Shown here in pieces: positions 19,262 to 28,011 of a stretch of 64,000 nucleotides of DNA; the stretch's first letter is position 1, and each line of letters starts with the position of its first letter. The position numbers and the translations under genes are program-made. The notes beneath the pieces are model-generated. The model did not search any database and was not told the DNA's origin. It saw only the letters and a list, made by a program, of their open reading frames with translations. This DNA comes from Candidatus Aenigmatarchaeota archaeon (GTDB lineage: Archaea; Aenigmatarchaeota; Aenigmatarchaeia; QMZS01), in NCBI GenBank assembly GCA_016932615.1, contig JAFGCN010000007.1, forward strand, positions 19,189 through 83,188. The letters are read 5' to 3'.

Positions 19262-20370
19262 ACTTCAAGGAATTCTTTTTTGAAATACCTGAGCGCGCAC
19301 TCAAGGTGGGTTGTCGAAAACCGCCCAAGCGTGCAGTAAGACGTGTCACGGATATCTGGCACAAGCGCCTGTATTATTTTAAGGTCAGACCTGCACGACT
19401 TCTTGTCGCGCATTTTCCTGAGCGCTTCAAGAACGCGGAAATTTCCCTCCCTGCACGGAGTGCAATAGCCGCAGGACTCATGGACAAAAAACTCGGCAAA
19501 TATCTTGGACACTTCCGGTATGCTCCGATTCTGACCCACCACGATAAGGGCTCTTGAGCCCATCATAGCGCCGGTTCCGGAAAAGCTTTTTTCATCAAAA
19601 GGCATCTTCCTGAAATTTTTGTATGGAAGGCACCCAGCCGACGCCCCAAAATAAACTGCCTTTGGCTCCTCTTTTGGCTTTCCCATTGCGATAATCTCAC
19701 CAAGGGGAGTTCCAAGCTTGGCCTCATAAACTCCCGGGGCCTGAAGGTCTCCTGAAAGGCACACAACGGTAAGCTCTGGGTTCCACGTTCCGTCAAGTAT
19801 CAGGGGAATAGTTGCCAGGGTTTCGACATTGTTGACGCAGGTAGGCCGACCATTCAGACCTGCCTGAACAGGATAAGGGGGCTTCCTTCTTACGATGGGG
19901 CGGTTTCCCTCCATGGATTCGAGAATTGCCGACTCCTCGCCGCAGAGGTACGCCCCGGCTCCAAGCACAACCGTAATCCTAAGCCCAATCTTCTTCAGCC
20001 GTGAAGAGGATTTTTTTATCTCGGCTTCAAGCTTTGGCCGAATGTAGGAATATTCCCCCCGGAGGTAAATCCACGCCCGCCGGATTCCCATTGCGTAGGC
20101 GGCAATCGCCATTCCCTCAATAAGAAGTGAAGGATTATTTTCCATTATGAACCTGTCCTTAAACGTTCCCGGCTCGCCCTCATCCGCATTGCATACAAGG
20201 TAGCGCTCGCCTTTTCCCATCGACTCCCACTTCTGTCCCGTAGGATAATTCGAGCCGCTTCTGCCGCGAAGCCCTGACTCCTTTACCAGCCCTATAACCT
20301 TTTTCGGGCTTCTCTTGAGCGCTTTTTCATAGCCCCTCCAGCAAGTGTTAGTTAGCAGTTGCATATTCAA
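19252..20370 (-). CDS. hydB: NuoF-like NADH-binding flavoprotein subunit (HydB)
   Basis: GSNYPTG...CNADEGEPGTFKDR FMN/NADH motifs; ESCGYCTPCREG 4Fe-4S motif. Confidence 0.75.
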   Translation of the reverse strand: MNMQLLTNTCWRGYEKALKRSPKKVIGLVKESGLRGRSGSNYPTGQKWESMGKGERYLVCNADEGEPGTFKDRFIMENNPSLLIEGMAIAAYAMGIRRAWIYLRGEYSYIRPKLEAEIKKSSSRLKKIGLRITVVLGAGAYLCGEESAILESMEGNRPIVRRKPPYPVQAGLNGRPTCVNNVETLATIPLILDGTWNPELTVVCLSGDLQAPGVYEAKLGTPLGEIIAMGKPKEEPKAVYFGASAGCLPYKNFRKMPFDEKSFSGTGAMMGSRALIVVGQNRSIPEVSKIFAEFFVHESCGYCTPCREGNFRVLEALRKMRDKKSCRSDLKIIQALVPDIRDTSYCTLGRFSTTHLECALRYFKKEFLEVCR

Positions 20371-20813
20371 TCAAGCCCGGCAAGAATCTGCCGTATTTTT
20401 TCCTCAGTAAGGTTCGTGTAAACCTTGCCGTCAACCATCATTGAGGGGGCCTTGTCGCACTGCCCAAGGCATGACGCCTTCTCAAGCGTGAATTTTCCGT
20501 CGGTTGTCGTATCTCCAAGCTTCACCCCCAGCTCTTTTTTAAGAAAGTCAAGAAGCGTGAAGGACTTATTCAGGTAGCAGGAAGGGCTCCCACAAACGCG
20601 TATAATATGCTGTCCGCACTTTTTTGTCGGAAGAAAAGCATAAAAGCTGGCAACCCCATAAAGCTTTGCTAAAGGCATTCCAAGGCCACGGCTTACCTTG
20701 TCAAGCTTTTCAAAAGAAACATATCCCTCCTGCCGGACAATCTCCTCAAGAACGGTTAAAAGCTCGATTTCGCCATTCCTGCAGGATTTGATGAGCAAAT
20801 CCAGTTTCCCCAT
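20367..20813 (-). CDS. hydC: NuoE-like thioredoxin-fold [2Fe-2S] subunit (HydC)
   Basis: CGSPSCY ... CLGQCDKAPSMMVDGKVY motif of NuoE/HndA. Confidence 0.75.
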   Translation of the reverse strand: MGKLDLLIKSCRNGEIELLTVLEEIVRQEGYVSFEKLDKVSRGLGMPLAKLYGVASFYAFLPTKKCGQHIIRVCGSPSCYLNKSFTLLDFLKKELGVKLGDTTTDGKFTLEKASCLGQCDKAPSMMVDGKVYTNLTEEKIRQILAGLD

Positions 20814-20877
20814 AAATTAGTAAATTATTAAAGAGTTCCCAGGAAGTCAAAAATTACTGCTTGCCATAAAATGACTT

Positions 20878-21710
20878 GTGGTCTATATTATGCTTCCTAT
20901 AACGCTTAGGCCCTGCCCCAAAAAGCATAGCTATGATCTGGACAAAGCAGAATTGCCTGAAGTTACTCTCAAAAGAGTCACTCATGCGCTGGAAACCCTG
21001 GACTCAGAAGTCAGCCTGGAAAATCTTGAAAGCAAGGAAAAACTTTGGGTGTACCGGGCAGTCTCAAAAAAATTTCTAGATATCGACCCGCCATACATCC
21101 GCTGCGGGAGGTCACACGGAAAAGGGGTGACGCAGGTACAAGCAAAATGCAGTGCCCCGATGTAGCAGGTCGAAAGAATAAATGCAAAAAACGTCATGCA
21201 GAACCTTGTAAGAGACCCGGAAACCTTGTTTGAGGCGTATGAAGGGCTCCCTAAAGAGTCGTCTATTCCAATCAGCCAACTGCTTTCCTATGGCTACCAC
21301 CCTTCATTTTACGCTCCCAATGCAGGGCAAGTCTTTAGGAAAAAGAAAATGATGTTCATGAAGGTCCACTGCCTGACAGACAAAACTGAAAAATACCTGC
21401 CGCTTTTCTGGCATCTCTATTTTTACGGAACAAATGGGTTTGCTTCCGGGAACACTTACGAAGAAGCGGTTCTTCGGGCGCTTTGCGAAGTTATCTAAAG
21501 ACATAATAAGATAGAAACCAGAAACAGGTACTTGGAAAGAAAGGAGATTTGGCTTGATTCCCACCAGGAGATTATCTCAGGTCTTCTCAGCAACCTGAAC
21601 GCCTGGGGGTTCAAGCCCATCCTTGAAGAGTGGAGCCGCCCGATACCAGTCCCCACTATCCAATGCAGACTCGGGTACAAGGCCGGATATGGCACATACC
21701 CCAAACCAAA
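20878..21710 (+). pseudogene. degraded YcaO-domain paralog (stop and frameshifts, C-terminus missing)
   Basis: Three ORF fragments (20878-21165, 21196-21498, 21532-~21710) align in order to the intact paralogs at 21966 and 25736. Fragment 1 stops at KCSAPM*, where the paralogs read KCSALMEWVER. Confidence 0.55.
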
Positions 21711-21715
21711 CTCCA

Positions 21716-21886
21716 TCAGATCTTCAAATTTATCTCCTTTAGCTTCTCACGCACAATCGGCGCGCACTCCTGGCATACCCAGCACTCATCCTTTCCAATC
21801 GAGGTCTTCTTTATTATCTGGAGCCGGCCGTTCTTTGTGGGCTTGAACCTTTGCCCGCAAAGTTCGCATTTATGAAGCTTTAGCAT
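21716..21886 (-). CDS. small zinc-ribbon protein (56 aa)
   Basis: MLKLHKCELCGQRF...ECWVCQEC; ATG 21884-21886, TGA 21716-21718; divergent from YcaO gene at 21966; below ORF-track size cut-off. Confidence 0.35.
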   Translation of the reverse strand: MLKLHKCELCGQRFKPTKNGRLQIIKKTSIGKDECWVCQECAPIVREKLKEINLKI

Positions 21887-21965
21887 AATAGATTAAAGAG
21901 TTAACCTATAAAGTACCGGACATTTCCGGTTTGCCTAGTGACCTCCACTACACTAACTGCTTAGC

Positions 21966-23168
21966 TTGCATATATATTTTATGCAACAAATAATGCTGGA
22001 AGCTTGTCCCAAAAAATACACCTATGATCAAGACAAGGCAGAATTGCCCGAAAAAACATTGGAAAATGTACTAGGCATACTAAAAGACAGACATATAGAA
22101 GTAGAATTCAGGGAAGTCCAAAGCCTACTGGGAATCCCGTTTTACAAGTTGATGTCCACCGACCCCGAACGAAATTACTCCTCATATCTATTTTCAGGCA
22201 GCTCTTCTGGAAAAGGATCAACGCGCTTCCAGTCAAAATGCAGCGCCCTTATGGAGTGGGTCGAGCGAGTAAACGCAGGGCAAATCCCAACTAGACTACT
22301 CAACAGCGAAGAGATGGTCCATTGCAGCTATAATGAACTCTGTACAAACTCCAGAATCGCCCCGAAAGAAATGCTGTCCTACAGCTTCCACCCCTCATTT
22401 AAAAGCAATGCCTCAGAAGAGATACTGAGACATAAAAAAATGCACTACCTGAAGTTCCAGTGCCTTTCCGGACAAGAGGGGGCATACCTTCCAATATTCT
22501 GGCACCTGTATTTCAACTGCTCAAACGGACTTGCTGCAGGGAATACTTATGAGGAAGCAATCCTTCAAGCATTGTGTGAAGTCGTAGAGCGTAATAATGT
22601 CATTGAAACAAGGCTGAGAAATCTAAAATATCGAAGAGAAATAGTGCTAGATACCGATTATAAGCCCTTGAGAGATATGTCTGAGGTGCTTCACAAACAA
22701 GGAATAACCCCCATTATAGAGGACTGGAGTTGTCCGATACCAATACCTACAATGCACTGCCGATTTGGACCCAGAGCGGGCTATGGAACCAGCACTAGCC
22801 CCATAAAGTCTGCCATAAGAGCGATAACTGAAATGGTTCAGGACTATGCGATAAACGAAAAACACTGCCTTCCGCCGCAGGAAAATATAATCTATCCTCC
22901 GGCGGATAAAAAGATAGAGCTAAGCAAAATAAAAAGTCTGGAAAGGCAGGATATCCTTTCAGAGATAAAGGAAATCGTCAGCACCCTTAATTCCATGGGG
23001 TACCAGACCTATGTCAGGGACATCTCCCTACAGATACCTGTGCCTACGGTTCTGGTGGTTGTTCCTGGGCTTAAATGCTATGATTTCAGAAATCAAGAGA
23101 GGCATCTTCTGGATTTTAAGAGCAACCTTGTCCAGTATTATAACGATTACCTCATATACCTGCGCTAA
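21966..23168 (+). CDS. YcaO-domain protein
   Basis: 400 aa; SGKGSTRFQSKCSALMEWVER matches the YcaO ATP-binding signature (GKG..T...A..SAL.E..ER). Confidence 0.7.
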   Translation: MHIYFMQQIMLEACPKKYTYDQDKAELPEKTLENVLGILKDRHIEVEFREVQSLLGIPFYKLMSTDPERNYSSYLFSGSSSGKGSTRFQSKCSALMEWVERVNAGQIPTRLLNSEEMVHCSYNELCTNSRIAPKEMLSYSFHPSFKSNASEEILRHKKMHYLKFQCLSGQEGAYLPIFWHLYFNCSNGLAAGNTYEEAILQALCEVVERNNVIETRLRNLKYRREIVLDTDYKPLRDMSEVLHKQGITPIIEDWSCPIPIPTMHCRFGPRAGYGTSTSPIKSAIRAITEMVQDYAINEKHCLPPQENIIYPPADKKIELSKIKSLERQDILSEIKEIVSTLNSMGYQTYVRDISLQIPVPTVLVVVPGLKCYDFRNQERHLLDFKSNLVQYYNDYLIYLR

Positions 23169-23281
23169 CCTCAAAAATGGCCGGGTTCAAGGAGGGGACT
23201 ATTTGAATCTCCAGCATTCCGTTGCCCACCTGCACCAATTAAGCTTGCCTCTAAAACCTTCGTACAGAAAACAGAAGATCA

Positions 23282-23602
23282 TCAAGGAACAAGCCCCGGA
23301 AACTTCTGGCGGCAGTACTGCTTGCACTCGTCAGAATTAAGGGCCATGTTCTTCATGGACAGCCGGCATGCATGAAGAAGAGTGTCTGATGCGCCATCAT
23401 CATCTATGTCGCCAAGCATTAAAGCACTGGGGTCCATACCAGTTTCGGCAAATTTCCTGCAGCCGTCGTTTAAGGCGGACTCAACCGATAAACCTGACAT
23501 CTGTCCCATCGACCCGCTAAGGTAAAGCACGCTTAAGACAAGAACAATTGCTCCAAGAGCAACAATAATTATGCTGTTTACGGTAAGCTCGATGCCCTTC
23601 AT
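23282..23602 (-). CDS. small class III signal peptide (pilin-like) protein
   Basis: MKGIELTVNSIIIVALGAIVLVLSV N-terminus. Confidence 0.4.
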   Translation of the reverse strand: MKGIELTVNSIIIVALGAIVLVLSVLYLSGSMGQMSGLSVESALNDGCRKFAETGMDPSALMLGDIDDDGASDTLLHACRLSMKNMALNSDECKQYCRQKFPGLVP

Positions 23603-23632
23603 AAATATACTGTATTTCTATAGCTATTATTT

Positions 23633-23953
23633 ATGAGGCAAGGCAACCTGACCATAGAACACGTGATTCTATTGTTAATAGCACTCCTTGTTCTCGTAGT
23701 GTCCTACCTTTTCGTAAATGGCTCCATAAAAGGCCCTACAAACAGCACAACCGAGCTGACGCAAACCTACAGCGAGTGTAACAAGTGGAGGATGTTTGGC
23801 TACCTGGGAACAGATTTCTCAACACACGTTGACGGAAAGCCAAAATACCCTGCGCTGTGGCAGACCTACGTAGGTGCAATCACAAATACACCGACCCCAG
23901 AACAAATAGAGCAGGCAAAAAAATACTGCACCCTGTCGCAAAATAGCCCTTAA
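23633..23953 (+). CDS. small membrane-anchored protein, pilin-like N-terminus
   Basis: MRQGNLTIEHVILLLIALLVLVVSY N-terminus. Confidence 0.35.
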   Translation: MRQGNLTIEHVILLLIALLVLVVSYLFVNGSIKGPTNSTTELTQTYSECNKWRMFGYLGTDFSTHVDGKPKYPALWQTYVGAITNTPTPEQIEQAKKYCTLSQNSP

Positions 23954-24006
23954 AAAGCAGGCCAAAACCTCAAAATCAGAAATGAATTATTATTCCAGAT
24001 TCATTT

Positions 24007-25503
24007 ATGTTCATCGAGCATCCTCTGATTAAAAAGGGGGCTTTGCAGATAAGAGACTATCAGGTCGAGATTGCAAAAAGCGCGATAAGTAAAAATACTC
24101 TTGTTGTGATACCTACCGGAATGGGAAAGACGAACATTGCGCTTCTCGTAGTCGCCGAGCGGCTCAATAAGGTGGATGGAAAGGTCCTTTTTCTTGCCCC
24201 CACAAAGCCGCTTGTCGAGCAACACAAGAAGACCTTTGAAAAGCTGTCTGAACTTGCAGACCTGGAAGTCATAACCGGGACAATAAGGCCGGACCTTCGC
24301 GGGAAGCACTACCAGCGCTCAAGAATTATATTTGCAACGCCCCAGACTATTGAAAATGACCTGAAGAGCGGAATTCTAAATTTCGAGGATTTTGTCCTGC
24401 TGATTGTTGATGAAGCGCACCGCTCTGTCGGAAACTATGCTTACACATACATTGCAGAAAACTATATGGGGCGGGCGAAAAATCCACTTCTTATCGCGCT
24501 TACCGCCTCTCCTGGAGGGAGGGTTGCACGGGTCGAGGAAATAAAGAAAAACCTGTTCATAGAATCAGTTGAATTTCGCTCTGAAAAAGATTCTGATGTT
24601 TCCCAGTATGTAAAAGACCGGGAAATGAATACTGTTCAGGTCGAGCTTCCAGCAGAATACCTTGAGGCAAAGAAACTTCTCCAGGAGATAATTTCGTCAA
24701 AGTCCGATACTCTTTGTTCAATGGGCGCGGTTCCTACAAAAAAGTTCTCCAAGAAGATGCTTTTGGAGTTCCAGAATTTCTACGCAAAGAAGGCAAGCCA
24801 GACGAAAAATCCCCGTCTCTTCCAAGCGATGTCAAAAATAGCCGAGCTGATAAAGCTGGACTACTGTCTTGAATTGCTTGAAACTCAAGGGGCGGCGCCT
24901 CTCAGGGAATACCTCAAAAAGCTGAAAACCGAAAGCACCAAGGCCTCAGCCAGCATGCTTAATAACCCCAAGTTTATGGGATTTTTAAAGCGTGCGGAAA
25001 ACCTGCCCGACCACCCCAAAATGAATGAGCTTGAAAAAATCGTCAAAAGCGAAATCGAAAAAAAGGTCATTGTGTTCACTCAGTACCGGGCCACAGCTAG
25101 CGACATACTATTTAACCTGAAGCGCATTGAGGGTGTGAAGCCCGCACTCCTGATAGGGCAGAAATCCGGCCTGACTCAAAAAGAGCAGGTAAGCGTCATC
25201 AGGGACTTTGAGGATGGGTTCTTTAATGTATTGATTTGCACATCCATTGGCGAGGAAGGGCTCGACATAAAAGGCGTTGGAACGGCCGTCTTTTACGAGC
25301 CGGTCCCTTCAGAAATAAGGAGCATCCAGAGAAGGGGGAGGGTTGCGCGGCTTGTCGAGGGAAAGCTGTATGTTCTGGTTGCAAAAGACACCCGGGATGA
25401 AGCATACTACTGGACGGCTTACCACAAGGAAAAGAAGATGAGCCGGTCGCTTGGTGGCGAAAAAGAGCAGGCAAAGCTGGGAGACTTTGAAAGCCAGGGG
25501 TAG
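24007..25503 (+). CDS. Hef/ERCC4-type superfamily 2 helicase (helicase domain only)
   Basis: VVIPTGMGKT Walker A, LIVDEAHRSVGNYAY (DEAH), QRRGRVAR motif VI; inserted helical region between RecA-like lobes typical of Hef/FANCM family. Confidence 0.6.
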   Translation: MFIEHPLIKKGALQIRDYQVEIAKSAISKNTLVVIPTGMGKTNIALLVVAERLNKVDGKVLFLAPTKPLVEQHKKTFEKLSELADLEVITGTIRPDLRGKHYQRSRIIFATPQTIENDLKSGILNFEDFVLLIVDEAHRSVGNYAYTYIAENYMGRAKNPLLIALTASPGGRVARVEEIKKNLFIESVEFRSEKDSDVSQYVKDREMNTVQVELPAEYLEAKKLLQEIISSKSDTLCSMGAVPTKKFSKKMLLEFQNFYAKKASQTKNPRLFQAMSKIAELIKLDYCLELLETQGAAPLREYLKKLKTESTKASASMLNNPKFMGFLKRAENLPDHPKMNELEKIVKSEIEKKVIVFTQYRATASDILFNLKRIEGVKPALLIGQKSGLTQKEQVSVIRDFEDGFFNVLICTSIGEEGLDIKGVGTAVFYEPVPSEIRSIQRRGRVARLVEGKLYVLVAKDTRDEAYYWTAYHKEKKMSRSLGGEKEQAKLGDFESQG

Positions 25504-25548
25504 GGCAAGCAAAAAAAGACACACAAAAAAGCAATTTGGCTAAGTGGC

Positions 25549-25695
25549 TTATTCATCAGTTTTCTTTGGCTTCCTTACCGCAACTGGCCCAATATAGCCG
25601 CAATCGAGGCAGTCGTACTGGTTGTCCTGGCCTCCCAGGTAAGGGCTAAGCTCTGTAGAGCCGCACTTCGGGCACTTGAGAGGCGATTTGTTCAT
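25549..25695 (-). CDS. small zinc-ribbon protein (48 aa)
   Basis: MNKSPLKCPKCGS...YDCLDCGY; divergent from YcaO gene at 25736; below ORF-track size cut-off. Confidence 0.35.
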   Translation of the reverse strand: MNKSPLKCPKCGSTELSPYLGGQDNQYDCLDCGYIGPVAVRKPKKTDE

Positions 25696-25735
25696 AATAT
25701 TCCAAAACTTATAAGAGTTCAAAACTATTGGATTT

Positions 25736-26932
25736 ATGAAGCCAATCGTCCTGAAAAAATGCCTAAAGAAATATACCTACGACACCGACAAGGCAGAAAC
25801 GCCCAAAGACACTATCGGAAGAGTGACTCGGGTCCTAAAGGGGCAAGGACTAAATATCGTCTTCGAAAAGCTGGAAAACAGGGCAAATATTCCCGTCTAC
25901 CGCGTAGTTTCTGCCGATCCTTCCAAGGATTATTCTTCCCTAGTCTTTAGCGGAAAGGCGCACGGAAAAGGTGCGACTGAAAGCCAGGCGAAGTGCAGCG
26001 CTCTTATGGAGTGGGTGGAACGAGTAAATGCTGGAAACGCAATACGCCTGCTTGCAAAAGACAAGGAAACAATCTTCAGGGCTCATGAAACTATCCCTTC
26101 AGAATCCACTATAGATATCAAATATATGCTGTCTTACAGCCATAACCCTAGCTTTTATGGGAAAAGTGCAGAAAGGATTATCAAACGCAAAAAAATGCAT
26201 TTTATGAAAGCTTACTGCCTTACCGATAAACGGGAGAGATATCTACCATTTTTATGGCACCTGTACTTCAATGGGTCAAATGGGCTTGCCTCAGGAAACA
26301 CTTACGAGGAAGCTGTTCTTCAGGCGCTTTGTGAAGTTATCGAAAGACACAATATTGTGGAGATAAAGACATTAAATTCAAAAGTAAACGCTATCGAGCT
26401 AGGCTTTCCCTGCAAGCCCCTCGCAGAAATGCTTTCAAAAATCCAGGAAGTTACTGCAAGACCAATCATACAAAAGTGGAGCCGCCCGATACCAGTCCCC
26501 ACTGTCGCCTGCAGGCTACACGATAGCACTGGATACGGAACTGCTCCAAGCCCAGCAAAAGCAGCCATGAGAGCCATAACAGAAGCCATACAAGAAGATA
26601 CCGCTACGAGACGGTATGGACAAGATAGTGCCACAATCAAGATTGAGTCACAAGAGCCAATACCTCTCAGCAGTATGGAAAGCCTGGAGAGGGAAGATCT
26701 GTATGATGAGATTAATGAAATCTCAAGGATTCTTGAGTCCATGGGGCATATGATATATGTTATGGATTTCTCCTCAATCGTCCCCATACCCACTGTCGAG
26801 GTGATTGTGCCTGGACTCAGGTCTGTCGACTACACTGGAAGAGATCGCCACCTACGGGAATTTCAGTCTTGCCTTATTGAGTATTTTAACCTCGTAGCAA
26901 GCTTACCTCAGTGGAATATTTTAACCGCTTAG
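25736..26932 (+). CDS. YcaO-domain protein
   Basis: 398 aa; SGKAHGKGATESQAKCSALMEWVERVNAG signature; paralog of 21966-23168 (shared CxKKYTYDxDKAExP N-terminus). Confidence 0.7.
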   Translation: MKPIVLKKCLKKYTYDTDKAETPKDTIGRVTRVLKGQGLNIVFEKLENRANIPVYRVVSADPSKDYSSLVFSGKAHGKGATESQAKCSALMEWVERVNAGNAIRLLAKDKETIFRAHETIPSESTIDIKYMLSYSHNPSFYGKSAERIIKRKKMHFMKAYCLTDKRERYLPFLWHLYFNGSNGLASGNTYEEAVLQALCEVIERHNIVEIKTLNSKVNAIELGFPCKPLAEMLSKIQEVTARPIIQKWSRPIPVPTVACRLHDSTGYGTAPSPAKAAMRAITEAIQEDTATRRYGQDSATIKIESQEPIPLSSMESLEREDLYDEINEISRILESMGHMIYVMDFSSIVPIPTVEVIVPGLRSVDYTGRDRHLREFQSCLIEYFNLVASLPQWNILTA

Positions 26933-26992
26933 CCACTCTGCAGAATCACCTTCAGAAGAAGACTTCCATAGATACTTAACCGATAAAAATAA

Positions 26993-27183
26993 CGCTGGGG
27001 GCAAGATTTGAAATCGCGGAAAACCTCATAGCCAATTTAGCAGTAATATTCCTGCTTTGCAGGAATCTGCTTCTTTTGACGTTGAGGCATTATTCTTCCT
27101 CGGGAAGAATAAAGCTTCACTCGCGCCTCCTTGCGGAGACCAGCTTTCCAGGCTGGCGCCTTAGACCACTCGGCCACCCCAGC
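26993..27183 (-). tRNA. tRNA-Ser(GGA) with a ~107-nt intron between T-stem and T-loop (53/54)
   Basis: Minus-strand exon 1 (27183-27120): GCTGGGG-TG-GCC-GAGTGGTCTAA-GGC-G-CCAGC-CTGGAAA-GCTGG-long variable arm-GCGAG. Exon 2 (27012-26993): TTCAAAT-CTTGC-CCCCAGC-G. Acceptor arms pair perfectly; the T-stem GCGAG/CTTGC pairs with one G-U. Confidence 0.65.
27089..27112 (-). repeat. intron hairpin (TTTATTCTTCC-CGAG-GAAGAATAA) 6 nt after 5' splice site
   Basis: inverted repeat in tRNA-Ser intron, same pyrimidine-arm/purine-arm design as the other four intron hairpins. Confidence 0.55.
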
Positions 27184-27317
27184 ATAACATTAGTAGAATA
27201 GTTTCTTAAAGGGCTGAATCCGCCCCACAGGAAGCTTTGCAGAAAACCCCTTCTTTACGGCGCAGGTCCAGATTTATAGGTACGCCATTTCCCAGATAAC
27301 GCCTCCGCAAAATTTGG

Positions 27318-27962
27318 CTAATCTTGGCCGTGCTTTTGACGCTCTTTTTTCTCAAGCTCCTCGCGGATTGATTCATACTGCCCAAAATTCTTGTGAACTG
27401 TTTTTTGTAGTGGCTCTGGTTTTGGCTCTATATCGGCCTTTATCGGATTTTTTTCATAATGCCTGTATTCAAGCCGTGGGACTTTATGCTTTTTGCCTTT
27501 TACTTCCTTTTTGATTTTTGCCAATTCATTTAGGATTATCAAAAGCCCCGGAATGAATATGAAAAGCGCAAAGCCCATTGGAGTCCTTACGAAATTTCCA
27601 AGATGACCCAGGTAAGGAATACAAAATATTACTATTCCTTCAACACTGCCGGGCCGTGTTACTTCCATGTCAGGGTCCTCATTTGCATCACCCTTCGTCA
27701 AAAAGCCATCCGGCGTAACGTTTATAATCCTGTGGGTAGTGTAGGTTCCGGCGCTTCCAAAAGTAATAATGTCGCCGATTTTGAGGTCTGACGCATTTAC
27801 CCTCGCTATGGCAACAACATCCCCTACGTTAATGGCTGGAGACATCGAGCCGGAAACAACAGTCCTGAACTGAATGCCCTGGGATTGCAGGCCAAATGCA
27901 ATGAATGCTGCAAGAGCAAGAACAGCTACTGCTGCGCCAAATTTAAGTATATTGCTTGCCAT
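27318..27962 (-). CDS. signal peptidase I (archaeal/ER-type S26B; SipW-like)
   Basis: N-terminal TM, VVSGSMSP (SGSMxP catalytic Ser box), TKGDAN(E)D box; placed directly upstream of four SipW-cognate substrates. Confidence 0.8.
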   Translation of the reverse strand: MASNILKFGAAVAVLALAAFIAFGLQSQGIQFRTVVSGSMSPAINVGDVVAIARVNASDLKIGDIITFGSAGTYTTHRIINVTPDGFLTKGDANEDPDMEVTRPGSVEGIVIFCIPYLGHLGNFVRTPMGFALFIFIPGLLIILNELAKIKKEVKGKKHKVPRLEYRHYEKNPIKADIEPKPEPLQKTVHKNFGQYESIREELEKKERQKHGQD

Positions 27963-28011
27963 AATATAATATACCTCAAGTTACCCTTTCCTTTATCAGG
28001 CCTATTCAAAA

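Noticed and set aside
18329-19557. Plus-strand ORFs overlapping hydA/hydB (18329-18571, 18634-18966, 18986-19339, 19210-19557 etc.)
   Set aside because: Antisense to hydrogenase genes with diagnostic H-cluster and NuoF motifs.
21532-21846. ORF 21532-21846 as an independent gene
   Set aside because: Its first ~60 codons align to the middle of the intact YcaO paralogs (WSRPIPVPT..GYGT); the remainder is out-of-homology read-through overlapping the minus-strand zinc-ribbon gene. Treated as part of the YcaO pseudogene.
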